Shown here: positions 9,768-19,481 of the stretch, in pieces
Position numbering within the stretch: the first letter of the stretch is position 1
How the letters are laid out: each line of letters opens with the position of its first letter
Assembly: GCA_037130365.1 (NCBI GenBank)
Contig: JBAXTE010000003.1
Coordinates: 15,458 to 79,457, forward strand
From: Bacteroidota bacterium
GTDB taxonomy: Bacteria; Bacteroidota; Bacteroidia; Bacteroidales; WCHB1-69
Reading direction: 5' to 3'
DNA: 64,000 nt
The notes under the pieces: model-generated
Databases searched by the model: none
Told to the model about the DNA's origin: nothing
The model's input: only the letters and a program-made list of their open reading frames with translations
Made by a program: the position numbers and the translations under genes

Positions 9768-10568
9768 ATGAAAATTGGAATCGTTTCTTTAGAACAAGTA
9801 TGGGAAAACAAAGAGGAAAACAAATCTCTTTGCAAAAAAGAAGTAGAAAAAGCGGTTGAAGCAAACCTAGATTTAATAATTTTCCCCGAAATGACCTTAA
9901 CAGGCTTTTCGATGGATCCGTTGAAAATATCAGAAGAGCTGAAAACCTCCCCATCAATAGAGTTCTTCAAAACCCTTGCTACAAATTATAAAATCGGAAT
10001 TGTATTTGGTGTCTGTTTAATTGAACCTATTGGCAACACAAATTGTGCAATATATATATCAAACATAGGCATTGTTGAAGCCATATATCGAAAAACTCAT
10101 CCGTTTACTTTTGCTCAAGAAGATAAATATTTTTCTCCAGGAAACGAAATCGTAATGTTTCAATTAAATGGTTTTAATATCGGATTGTCCATTTGTTATG
10201 ATTTGAGATTTCCCGAGTTATATCGCTTATATACTGATAGTTGTCAGATGGTAATCAATATTGCAAATTGGCCAGAAAGGCGTGTTGACCATTGGAATAC
10301 ATTGCTTAAGGCTAGAGCTATTGAAAATCAATATATTGTTGTTGGAGTTAATAGAACAGGAATGGATGGTAATCAATTAAAATATAAAGAATCATCTAAT
10401 GTATATTTACCAGATGGCAATAATCCTGAATTACTTTTTGTCAATAATGCTTTAAAAGCGTTTGAATTGGACTCAGATGTAGTAACAAATTATAGAGAAT
10501 CTTTTCCGGTAATTCAAGATAGAAGGAAAGATTTGTATAAAAAACTTGAAGATTATGCTAGAAAATAA
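9768..10568 (+). CDS. Carbon-nitrogen hydrolase (nitrilase superfamily) protein
   Basis: MKIGIVSLEQVW..., FPEMTLTGF (catalytic Glu region) and LSICYDLRFPE (catalytic Cys). ATG at 9768 preferred over the GTG at 9711. Confidence 0.85.
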   Translation: MKIGIVSLEQVWENKEENKSLCKKEVEKAVEANLDLIIFPEMTLTGFSMDPLKISEELKTSPSIEFFKTLATNYKIGIVFGVCLIEPIGNTNCAIYISNIGIVEAIYRKTHPFTFAQEDKYFSPGNEIVMFQLNGFNIGLSICYDLRFPELYRLYTDSCQMVINIANWPERRVDHWNTLLKARAIENQYIVVGVNRTGMDGNQLKYKESSNVYLPDGNNPELLFVNNALKAFELDSDVVTNYRESFPVIQDRRKDLYKKLEDYARK

Positions 10569-11325
10569 AATTATAGTAATAACGGGAGGTGCTGGCTTAT
10601 TAGGAAAAACATTCTGTGAGAGTGTGATTTTAAACGGAGGAACTTGTATCATCGCTGATTTTAATGAGGAAGCTGGAATTCAAGTTCAAAGAAGTATACA
10701 AGAAAAACATCCAAATGCGCAGGTGCATTTCATTAATCTAGATATTAATTCAAAAGACTCCATACAGGCTCTTATTAAAAAACTACATGATGAATTTGGT
10801 CAAATTGATGCAATTGTAAATAATGCATATCCACGCAATAAAAACTATGGTAAACATTATTTTGATGTAGAATATGCTGACTTTTGTGAAAACATTAATA
10901 TTAACCTTGGAGGTTATTTTCTTGTAGGACAACAATTTGCTGAATATTTTGTTAAACAAGGTTTTGGAAATATTATCAATATTTCGTCAATTTATGGAGT
11001 TATCCCTCCAAAATTTGAAGTTTATGATAACACTAAAATGACAATGCCTGTTGAGTATGCGGTTATTAAATCAGGTCTAATTCATTTAACCAAATATATG
11101 GCGAAATACTTTAAAGGAAAAAACATTAGAGTAAATGCAATTTCCCTTGGAGGCATAGAAGATGGCCAGCCTACAGCTTTTCTTGAATCATATAAAAATT
11201 ACTGTTTATCTAAAGGGATGCTTAATCCTGAAGATATTTGCGGAACGCTTCAATTCTTATTGTCCGATCAATCTATGTTTATTAATGGACAAAATGTAAT
11301 TGTAGATGATGGATTTACGCTATAA
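10555..11325 (+). CDS. Short-chain dehydrogenase/reductase (classical SDR)
   Basis: ITGGAGLLGK glycine motif, NNA, and YAVIKSG (YxxxK). ATG at 10555 preferred over the TTG at 10546. Confidence 0.85.
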   Translation: MLENKIIVITGGAGLLGKTFCESVILNGGTCIIADFNEEAGIQVQRSIQEKHPNAQVHFINLDINSKDSIQALIKKLHDEFGQIDAIVNNAYPRNKNYGKHYFDVEYADFCENININLGGYFLVGQQFAEYFVKQGFGNIINISSIYGVIPPKFEVYDNTKMTMPVEYAVIKSGLIHLTKYMAKYFKGKNIRVNAISLGGIEDGQPTAFLESYKNYCLSKGMLNPEDICGTLQFLLSDQSMFINGQNVIVDDGFTL

Positions 11326-11360
11326 TTTTTTTCAACCGTTTTGCTATTAAAAATATATTC

Positions 11361-12056
11361 ATGAAGATTTTTTGTATTGGAGATTCTTTAGCATTGCCAG
11401 GGCATACAAATATGTATGAAGATACTTGGTTTTGCAAACTTAAAATTCACTACCCACAACATGATTTTATTAGTTTTTTTAAAAGGAAAATCACTACCGA
11501 TGTTTTGGTATCGATGGGAGGTGGTGAAAACACAGAACACGCTTTTCCCACTGGTGCGGACTGTTTAGAGTATTATATGCCCAATATAGTTATCGTTCAA
11601 TTAGGAATTGTTGACTGTGCTCCTCGTTTAATAAATGATAAGAGTATTATTTGGAAAATTGTTAGAAGAATGCCTAATGTTATTGTTAATAAATACATTA
11701 ATTACTTAAAAAAAAACACAACTCGAAATCCAAAAAATGTCATTATTTCTGAGTCCATTTTTCAATCAAATTTAATTAACTACTTTGACAGATGTAAAAA
11801 ATGGAATGTTGACAAACTGATTTATATCTCAATAGCTATTCCAAGCCAAGAAATGGTTGATAAAAACTCTACAATTATTGAAAATGTAGTAAAATTCAAC
11901 AATATTATTAAGACATTAGCAAAAAACTATAATTTTATTGATGTAATTGAACCCTTAAAAGGAGATATACTTGAAGATATTTATGAAGATGGCTATCATC
12001 CAAATCCAAAAGGCAACGACCTAGTTTTTCAAGCACTTGTGAGTCATATTTCTTAA
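11361..12056 (+). CDS. SGNH/GDSL-family hydrolase or acyl-esterase
   Basis: Block I IFCIGDSLA near the N-terminus and a C-terminal DGYHPN (DxxH) block. Confidence 0.7.
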   Translation: MKIFCIGDSLALPGHTNMYEDTWFCKLKIHYPQHDFISFFKRKITTDVLVSMGGGENTEHAFPTGADCLEYYMPNIVIVQLGIVDCAPRLINDKSIIWKIVRRMPNVIVNKYINYLKKNTTRNPKNVIISESIFQSNLINYFDRCKKWNVDKLIYISIAIPSQEMVDKNSTIIENVVKFNNIIKTLAKNYNFIDVIEPLKGDILEDIYEDGYHPNPKGNDLVFQALVSHIS

Positions 12057-12081
12057 TTAATAGCTAAAGAATATAAACGAC

Positions 12082-13068
12082 TTAAGAGTTAAATTTTCTA
12101 TCAGAATTAATGAGAGTATTGATATTTAAATCTAATTCTTCGATCGATGTTGGATATAAAATATCCGTCGAATTGAGAAAATCAATATACATTAAAGCTT
12201 TCGTTGATTCAATTTCTACAAGTTTAATCAAAGAAATACAGTTTTTAAAGGTTTTCATAGTGTTTGATGCAATTCCAATCACTAATGAATTGTGATTCAG
12301 CAATAATTCTGCAGGTATTTCTGCAGGTAATTGTTCTATATAATTTAACAACCTAGCGTTATTAGTTTTAAAATTCGGATGTTCTTTCAAGAAAAATCCA
12401 CAGTGACTTTTATTTACACTTACTAAATAATCTGTCAACTCATCAGTATATTTATAATATGCTTCCCCTTCTTCAATTAAAATAATATTTATCGCATCAA
12501 CACCGTATGCACATAGAATTTCTTTTTGATTGGAAGTAAATATATTTTCACTTTCTGGAGTTAAATTTTTATCATATTGACCTATAATATTTTTTGCTTC
12601 AATTCCAATAAAACCATATTCTCCAAAACTCAAAACATCAAACTTTACATTCAATAAACCCCTAAGCATTAGAACGTCCAATAATAATCTTCGGTATTGT
12701 TTTGTAATGATACTTTTTAGAAAAGGGAGTTTTAAATGTTCTTGAAGTTGTGAATTATAATATATTTTATTATTGTTTTTGTTCAGGCAATGGATAAAAA
12801 ATAACCCCCAATAATCATGCGAATTGTGTCCAAAAATAAAACTGCCGTTTGAGTACTTTAATGCCTCATTCGTAATGTAATTCTTATACTCTTTTAATCC
12901 AGCATAACTTTTGTCGTTATTCTCATTGATTTTTACAAAATTAATATTGCAATAATTACAAAACTTTTCAACTGGCTCATTCGAGGAAATAATTGTTAAA
13001 TCTTTCCAAAGCCAACGTTTGGCAGCAAAAGTAATAATTGACATTGAAGGTGCATATAAATATATCAT
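12082..13068 (-). CDS. Hypothetical protein; candidate nonulosonic-acid (sialyl-type) transferase
   Basis: Soluble roughly 329-aa protein immediately downstream of wzx. Contains IEEGEAY and KEHPNF strings reminiscent of the D/E-D/E-G and HP motifs of bacterial sialyltransferases. Start moved to the ATG at 13068, because the longer ORF overlaps the wzx C-terminus. Confidence 0.35.
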   Translation of the reverse strand: MIYLYAPSMSIITFAAKRWLWKDLTIISSNEPVEKFCNYCNINFVKINENNDKSYAGLKEYKNYITNEALKYSNGSFIFGHNSHDYWGLFFIHCLNKNNNKIYYNSQLQEHLKLPFLKSIITKQYRRLLLDVLMLRGLLNVKFDVLSFGEYGFIGIEAKNIIGQYDKNLTPESENIFTSNQKEILCAYGVDAINIILIEEGEAYYKYTDELTDYLVSVNKSHCGFFLKEHPNFKTNNARLLNYIEQLPAEIPAELLLNHNSLVIGIASNTMKTFKNCISLIKLVEIESTKALMYIDFLNSTDILYPTSIEELDLNINTLINSDRKFNS

Positions 13069-13069
13069 A

Positions 13070-14572
13070 TCAGCCTTTTTTGTTTTTATAAGACTTAATG
13101 CGAATATGCAGTTTATCCATAACGAGTTGTTTGATATAAAGAAATTCAGCTGTTTTAAAAATAACAGAAAGTAAAATATAAACAATAACACCAATAAAGA
13201 CTTGTAGTGTTAACACTATTAATAAACTAGAAATAGGCAGAAAGGTTATCAGGTATACAACCAATCCCATTATAGCTGAAGTAATTATTGGTTTAAAAAG
13301 CATCAAAAGATAATCAAAGATTGATACATTAATTAATTTTCCAGTAAAATAGATATCAAGGGTTAAACAAATCATGCTAATAACTACAAAAGAACAAAGG
13401 AAAGGGATTAGTCCCCAAAAAAGGCCAAAAGGCATAGATAACAAACCCAATATTTTCTTTCCTGTAGTTAACCTAAAATAAAGTTTTCCAGCACCTTTCG
13501 CTATTATTGTTTGAGAAAATAGAACTCCGAAAAAATATGCAAAACTCGAAAGTGCAATAATCTGGAATAAAGGTACAGAGGGGAGCCATTTATCGCTATA
13601 TAAAACTACAATAAATGATTTTGCAACAGCAATAAATCCAATAATAACAGGAATAAAGATGTAAGCACCTAATTTAAAAAAATGCATATGTACTCGTCTA
13701 AACTCACTATCATTATCACTCATTTTTGCAAGAACAGCAAAAGAGGTGGTACTCATTACACTAGAAAAAATTTGTTCGGGAAGTTGCTTTGTGCTTTTTG
13801 CTCTAACATAATAACCTAATTGTCCTGCTGAAAATATTTTTCCTATTAATAGGTTGTCAAGGTTATCGATTATTTGTGCAACAATTGTTGTGGCTAGTAC
13901 CTTAGAGCCAAATTGCCATAATTTCATAAAAGAGGATTTGCTAAACCTTCCGCTAGGGCGCCATTTTGAAGAAATCCATAATAATAGATTAGTTACAAAA
14001 GCTTGAGAAATTGCTTGCCCTACAATGCTATAAACGCCATAACTATTAAAAGCCATAATGGCAGATACAATTACTGAAGCAACTAATCCTATTAGATTAC
14101 AAATTGTTTGCTTTTTGAAATTAATTTCCTTAATTAAAATTGCATTTTGAATAATGCCAAACGAATTTATTAAGAAAACTAATGTTATTAATCTCGTTAA
14201 AGGAATTAGTATTGGCTCTTTATAAAATGCCGCAATCAGCGGTGCGGTAAAAAAAAATAAAAGATAAAAGGCAGTACTTACTGCAATATTGAAATAAAAA
14301 ACTGTGGAATAATCATCTAGACTAGCATCTTTGGTTCTAATAATAGCTGTTGAAAGTCCAGAGTTAATAAAAACTACTGCAATTCCTGTAAAAATTGAAA
14401 GCATCCCTGTAAGTCCAAATTCTGAAGGATCGAGCAAACGAGCTAATATTATTGATAATACAAAAGTAATCCCGTAACTTCCAATTTGTGAAATTGTAGA
14501 CCATTTTACAGCCGAAATTGCACTGCTTTTTATTGATTCTGTAGCCAAAGTAAATTGTTTTTGAGTTTGCAA
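13070..14572 (-). CDS. wzx: Wzx-type polysaccharide flippase (MOP superfamily)
   Basis: About 500 aa with a dozen or so hydrophobic helices and a typical N-terminal AISAVKWSTISQIG..ILARLL region. The start is apparently TTG; no in-frame ATG is nearby. Confidence 0.8.
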   Translation of the reverse strand: MQTQKQFTLATESIKSSAISAVKWSTISQIGSYGITFVLSIILARLLDPSEFGLTGMLSIFTGIAVVFINSGLSTAIIRTKDASLDDYSTVFYFNIAVSTAFYLLFFFTAPLIAAFYKEPILIPLTRLITLVFLINSFGIIQNAILIKEINFKKQTICNLIGLVASVIVSAIMAFNSYGVYSIVGQAISQAFVTNLLLWISSKWRPSGRFSKSSFMKLWQFGSKVLATTIVAQIIDNLDNLLIGKIFSAGQLGYYVRAKSTKQLPEQIFSSVMSTTSFAVLAKMSDNDSEFRRVHMHFFKLGAYIFIPVIIGFIAVAKSFIVVLYSDKWLPSVPLFQIIALSSFAYFFGVLFSQTIIAKGAGKLYFRLTTGKKILGLLSMPFGLFWGLIPFLCSFVVISMICLTLDIYFTGKLINVSIFDYLLMLFKPIITSAIMGLVVYLITFLPISSLLIVLTLQVFIGVIVYILLSVIFKTAEFLYIKQLVMDKLHIRIKSYKNKKG

Positions 14573-14764
14573 AATTAATTAAAATACTTGTTAATGACAA
14601 AAAAATAATCAACAAGGAAAACTGTTTGGTATAATTAGTTTTACCGTTTGATATTTAGTTCGATTAAAAGCCTTCAATTAATGACAAATTATAATGTGTT
14701 TTTTTCAAAGTAGTGCATTTTTGAGTATTGTATGGTTTGTTTAGCAAGTTTTGATTAGTTTTTG

Positions 14765-14772
14765 TAACTTTG
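14765..14772 (+). promoter_or_regulatory. Candidate -7 box TAnnTTTG (taactttg)
   Basis: Exact motif 41 nt upstream of the ATG at 14813, in the divergent wzx/epimerase intergenic region. Confidence 0.35.
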
Positions 14773-14812
14773 CCATTATTTTATTTCATGAATTTTAAAA
14801 AATATATTACAA

Positions 14813-15817
14813 ATGGATTTTTTAAATAATAAATCAATAATTGTAACAGGTGGAGCTGGTTTTATAGGAAGCACACTAGTTAAAAGTTTAGTAGCAAAAG
14901 GTGCAAAGGTTAAGGTAATTGACAACCTATGGCGTGGTAAACTTGAGAATTTGATGGTTGATGGCAAATACATTATTGATATTGAAAATGATTTTTTTTT
15001 AGCAGATGTAATGGATTATAGCAAATGCTTGGAATTAATAAAAGATGCCGATTATGTTTATCACCTAGCTGATATTGTTGCAGGTATTAATTATGTTTTT
15101 GGAAACGAGTTATTCATTTATCGCCAAAATGTAATAATAAATTCAAATGTATTATCAGCGTGTGTAATAAATAAAATACCCAATTATATATATGTTGGTA
15201 CTGCATGTAGCTTTCCCAAACATTTACAAATGGTTGACAATATTGCATATTTAAAAGAAGATCAAACATATCCTGCTGAACCAGAATCATCTTATGGTTG
15301 GAGCAAGTTAATGGGTGAATATGAGGCTGAATTAGCCATGAAGAGTGGGAAAATTAATGTGGGATTGCTGCGTTTTCATAACGTTTATGGCCCTTTTGCT
15401 AGCTACGAACCTAATCGATCTCAAGTTATTCCATCATTAATTAGAAAAGCAGTAACATATTCAGGCGATGATTTTGTAGTGTGGGGCTCGGGCGAGCAAT
15501 ATAGAGATTTTATTTATGTAGACGATGTAATAAATGCCTTACTGCTTGTTGCTGAAAAAGGAATGAATAAAGGATTAATTCAAATTGGCACTGGACTACC
15601 AATTTCAATTAAGCAAGTTGCAGAAAAGGTGGTAGAATTATCGGGTAAAAAGATTCAAATTAAATATGATTTATCTGCCCCAGAAGGTGACCGTGGCCGC
15701 GTTTCTGCTGGTACTCGTGCTTCTGATTTATTAAATTGGCATCCCGAAACTTCGTATGACGAAGGTATGAAAAATACATATAATTGGGTGAGTAGCCAAA
15801 TAAATAAAAAAGATTAA
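14813..15817 (+). CDS. NAD-dependent sugar-nucleotide epimerase/dehydratase (extended SDR)
   Basis: VTGGAGFIGS and YGWSK (YxxxK). Confidence 0.85.
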   Translation: MDFLNNKSIIVTGGAGFIGSTLVKSLVAKGAKVKVIDNLWRGKLENLMVDGKYIIDIENDFFLADVMDYSKCLELIKDADYVYHLADIVAGINYVFGNELFIYRQNVIINSNVLSACVINKIPNYIYVGTACSFPKHLQMVDNIAYLKEDQTYPAEPESSYGWSKLMGEYEAELAMKSGKINVGLLRFHNVYGPFASYEPNRSQVIPSLIRKAVTYSGDDFVVWGSGEQYRDFIYVDDVINALLLVAEKGMNKGLIQIGTGLPISIKQVAEKVVELSGKKIQIKYDLSAPEGDRGRVSAGTRASDLLNWHPETSYDEGMKNTYNWVSSQINKKD

Positions 15818-15823
15818 GAGAAA

Positions 15824-16972
15824 ATGGAACAAATTAAACGAAAAGTATATTATATTTTTCTTCAATTTCTTTTTGTTTTTTATTACTCTTTAGCTTTTGT
15901 TTTTAGCAGTTTTGTAAGAAAAACGAAAAGTGATAAAAAGAGAATCGCTGCTGTTTGGTATTGCCCTATTGGATTAACAGGAAGCAATTTAAGACTTGGA
16001 AATTGGAAACCATACTTTGAAAAAGATAATATTGTCTTTGATAATTTTTACACCTATACTTTCGATGAAATGGTTGCATTTGACGATGGATTGTGGAGCT
16101 TTAAATATCTTTTTTACATGAAGTTATTGCGTCGAAGATTTTGGCAATTTATCAAACTAAGAAATTTTGACATTGCATGGATTGATCGTGGCTTTTTACC
16201 AATGTATCCACTCAAAATGGCATTTTTCGAGCGTTGTATAAAACGAATGGGTTTAGAATGTATTATTGATACTTCTGATGGTGGTGATTATCAAAACAAC
16301 AAAGTGCTTGTGCTAGATACAATGGGTCAAGCTGATAAAATTACAGTTGCGTATAAATTTTTATTTGAATTTTATTCTGAGCGTTTTCCTAAAGTATATT
16401 GGATAAATTGGACCATACCTACCGATGGATATATTGTTAAAACTGATTATACTATAAAAGAAAAATTACCCGTTTTGGGTTGGATGGGAAGTCCAGCAAA
16501 TGGAGTACATTTAGAACAATTGTGTGATGTTTTATCCTTAGTTGCGTCTAAAAGAAAATTTATTCTTCGATATATGTGCAGAACGCCTTTAAATTTAGTA
16601 ATTCCAAATGCAATTATTGAACATCTTTCTTTTGAGAATTATTACGAAAATATTCGTAGTTTTGATATTGGACTTTGCCCTTTTTTAACAGTTGATATTA
16701 GATCAAAAGGTAAAATTGCTATGAAAAATCAAGAATATATGATGTGTGCAATTCCTCAAGTATGTTCTCATGTTGCCATTTCAGAACATTTAGTAAATGG
16801 AGAATCTGCCTTAATTGCAGAAAATAAAGATCAATGGGAAAAGTACATTTTAGAAATCATTGACAATATTGATTTAAGAGAAAAACTGGGGACTAATTCA
16901 CACAAAATCTTTAATCAATATTACCTTTATGATATTGAATATGCAAATTTAAAGAAATCATTAATAAATTAA
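15824..16972 (+). CDS. Putative membrane-anchored glycosyltransferase (GT-B-like C-terminal half)
   Basis: One N-terminal TM helix. LGWMGSPANGVHL resembles the start of the C-terminal GT1-type domain. No stronger motif recognised. Confidence 0.45.
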   Translation: MEQIKRKVYYIFLQFLFVFYYSLAFVFSSFVRKTKSDKKRIAAVWYCPIGLTGSNLRLGNWKPYFEKDNIVFDNFYTYTFDEMVAFDDGLWSFKYLFYMKLLRRRFWQFIKLRNFDIAWIDRGFLPMYPLKMAFFERCIKRMGLECIIDTSDGGDYQNNKVLVLDTMGQADKITVAYKFLFEFYSERFPKVYWINWTIPTDGYIVKTDYTIKEKLPVLGWMGSPANGVHLEQLCDVLSLVASKRKFILRYMCRTPLNLVIPNAIIEHLSFENYYENIRSFDIGLCPFLTVDIRSKGKIAMKNQEYMMCAIPQVCSHVAISEHLVNGESALIAENKDQWEKYILEIIDNIDLREKLGTNSHKIFNQYYLYDIEYANLKKSLIN

Positions 16973-16975
16973 ATT

Positions 16976-17602
16976 ATGTATAATAGAATTGTAGTTTTGG
17001 CTCCACATACAGACGATGGAGAACTTGGAGCAGGTGGCTCAATCCATCGGTTTATTAATGAGTGTAAAGAGGTATATTATGTTGCTTTTAGCACTGCAGA
17101 AGAATCAGTTCCAGCAGGTTTTCCTTCAGATATTCTTTCTAAAGAGGTAAAAGAAGCTACGCAAGTTTTAGGAATAAAATCTGAAAATCTAATTATTTTT
17201 GACTATCAGGTTAGAAAACTAAATTATGTTAGGCAAGAAATATTAGAGAGTATGGTTAAAATTAAAAGAGATATCAAACCCGATTTAATATTAATGCCAT
17301 CACTGCACGACATTCATCAAGATCATACAACAATTGCTCAAGAAGGCCTTAGAGCTTTTAAAGATACAAGTATATTAGGCTATGAATTGCTTTGGAATAA
17401 TTTATCTTTTGATACAACTTGTTTTATTAAATTAGATGAATCAAATATTGAAGCTAAATTTAATGCATTGCAAAAATATTCTTCGCAAAGTCAACGAGAT
17501 TATATGTCGCAAGAGTTTATCTATTCTCAAGCAATAACTCGTGGAGTTCAGGCAAGAGCAAAATATGCAGAAGCATTTGAAGTAGTAAGATGGATAATAT
17601 AA
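16976..17602 (+). CDS. PIG-L/LmbE-family N-acetylsugar deacetylase
   Basis: VLAPHTDDGELGAGG and HQDH metal-binding motifs. Confidence 0.85.
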   Translation: MYNRIVVLAPHTDDGELGAGGSIHRFINECKEVYYVAFSTAEESVPAGFPSDILSKEVKEATQVLGIKSENLIIFDYQVRKLNYVRQEILESMVKIKRDIKPDLILMPSLHDIHQDHTTIAQEGLRAFKDTSILGYELLWNNLSFDTTCFIKLDESNIEAKFNALQKYSSQSQRDYMSQEFIYSQAITRGVQARAKYAEAFEVVRWII

Positions 17603-17620
17603 TTATTTAGGAGTAACTAG

Positions 17621-18808
17621 ATGGACAATATTAATATAAAAAAACCAAAAATTTTATTTCTACTTGATAATCCTTTTACAAATGACAGAAGGGTATATCG
17701 TGAAGCAAAAACATTAACCGATAATGGCTATCAATTAACGCTTATTGCCGTTGGAAATAATGACTTGCCAAAAGCAGAAACAGTGGATGGAATTAGAGTA
17801 AATCGAATTCTAAATGATGACATCTTTGATCCTAAAAAATTCAATTGTTTTGATAAATATGCCTCAGAAATAACGAACAACTTTGAATTTGACATTGTGC
17901 ATGCTCATGACCAAACCATGTTGCATTTAGCTTGTAAAATCAAGAAACTCAAACCTCAGATTAAACTCATTTACGATTCACATGAACTTTTTCACGCTTG
18001 GCCTTTAAATATATCTAATTATAATAATCGTTTTATTTGGATCAAATCTTTAATTGTTAGAAAATTATTAACTATTAGGGAACGTTCTAATAGAAAAAAA
18101 ATTGATTACATAATCACTGTTAATAAATCCTTAGCAGATGATTTATCACAATATTTACATGCAAAAAAGGCTGTTACTGTAATTAGAAATATTCCAGAAA
18201 AAACAGAAATCGCTCATAAGAGCAACGTGCTAAGAGTTTTTTTTAATATCCCTGAAGAGACAAAAATATTAGTTTTTATTGGAGCAAATATATATGCAAA
18301 AACACTTAATTTAGAACAAGTAATTGATGAAATTGCAAATTGCGAAAACAAGGCATTGGTTTTTATTTGTGCTTTTAACCAAAATAGCAAACCAGTGATT
18401 GATTATGTAAAATCAAAAAATATTAATAATGTTTATTTTCATCAAATAATTTCCCCAAAAGACATTCCAACCTATCTATCTTCTGCGAATGTTGGGCTTG
18501 TTCCAACTTGGAATAATAAAGATTTATCATATTGGTATGCTTTAGATAATAAGCTTTTTGAATATATACATGCTGGAATACCCGTATTAGCAACTCAGCA
18601 ACCGGAATATGTAAATATAATTGAACCAAACCAATGTGGAATTTGTGTAAATCCAGATATTGAAAATGCGTACATCAATGGATTTGAAAAAATCCTTGAA
18701 AATCACGAACTTTATTCTGAAAAAACAAAGGAAACATCAAAACTGCTTTGCTGGGAAAATGAAGAAAAAGAACTATTAATGCTTTATAATTCGATAGAAA
18801 ATGGCTAA
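17621..18808 (+). CDS. Glycosyltransferase family 4 (GT-B)
   Basis: ILFLLDNPFTNDRRVYREAKTL N-domain and a C-terminal EYIHAGIPVLAT (E-x7-E region). Confidence 0.75.
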   Translation: MDNINIKKPKILFLLDNPFTNDRRVYREAKTLTDNGYQLTLIAVGNNDLPKAETVDGIRVNRILNDDIFDPKKFNCFDKYASEITNNFEFDIVHAHDQTMLHLACKIKKLKPQIKLIYDSHELFHAWPLNISNYNNRFIWIKSLIVRKLLTIRERSNRKKIDYIITVNKSLADDLSQYLHAKKAVTVIRNIPEKTEIAHKSNVLRVFFNIPEETKILVFIGANIYAKTLNLEQVIDEIANCENKALVFICAFNQNSKPVIDYVKSKNINNVYFHQIISPKDIPTYLSSANVGLVPTWNNKDLSYWYALDNKLFEYIHAGIPVLATQQPEYVNIIEPNQCGICVNPDIENAYINGFEKILENHELYSEKTKETSKLLCWENEEKELLMLYNSIENG

Positions 18809-19481
18809 GACATGTGCTATTCACCAACCAAATTTTTTACCTTGGCTAGGATATTTTTATAAAATAGCCAAAAGTGATGTTTTTGTAATCTTGGATACCG
18901 TTGATATTGAAATAGGTACATCAAAAGCAATAACAAATAGAACGAAAATTAAAGCTCAAACAGGAGATATTTGGATCACTATTCCCATAAAAAAAGGGGA
19001 GAGCAAATTAATCAAGGATATTGAAATCGTAAATTCTAATTGGAAAGAAAAAATGCTCAAAACCATATTTCATGAATATAGAAAAGCTATAAATTTTAAT
19101 GAAATGTACCCAATAATTGAGCAAATTATTCAATTTGATAATTATCTGTTGTCAGAATTTAATTCAAATGCAATCAAAAGTATTTCTTCTTATTTGAATT
19201 TTAATACACAAATTCATCTTGCTTCTTCACTACCAGTTTATACCGAAGATAGAAACCTTCGAATTATTGAAATATGCGAGTACTTAGGTTGTAATACTTA
19301 TTTTTCGGGAAAAGGTGGTGCAAAATATCACGATGAGCAATTATTTAATAATCACGAAATTACAATAAATTACACAGATTATATTCAGCCAACTTTTAAC
19401 CAATTACACGGTGAATTTATTTCGGGATTGAGTATAATTGATTATTTATTTGTAAGAAATTCAGCTGATAAAATATGGTAA
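18801..19481 (+). CDS. WbqC-family protein
   Basis: The N-terminus CAIHQPNFLPWLGYFYKI is the characteristic WbqC signature. Confidence 0.85.
   Translation: MAKTCAIHQPNFLPWLGYFYKIAKSDVFVILDTVDIEIGTSKAITNRTKIKAQTGDIWITIPIKKGESKLIKDIEIVNSNWKEKMLKTIFHEYRKAINFNEMYPIIEQIIQFDNYLLSEFNSNAIKSISSYLNFNTQIHLASSLPVYTEDRNLRIIEICEYLGCNTYFSGKGGAKYHDEQLFNNHEITINYTDYIQPTFNQLHGEFISGLSIIDYLFVRNSADKIW

Noticed and set aside
13069-13194. N-terminal 42-aa extension of ORF 12082-13194.
   Set aside because: It overlaps the C-terminal coding region of wzx in another frame. An ATG at 13068 lies 1 nt after the wzx stop and gives a sensible coupled arrangement.
14570-14577. A TAATTTTG box on the minus strand as the wzx promoter.
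   Set aside because: It overlaps the only plausible (TTG) start codon of wzx, so it cannot serve as a -7 box for that start.
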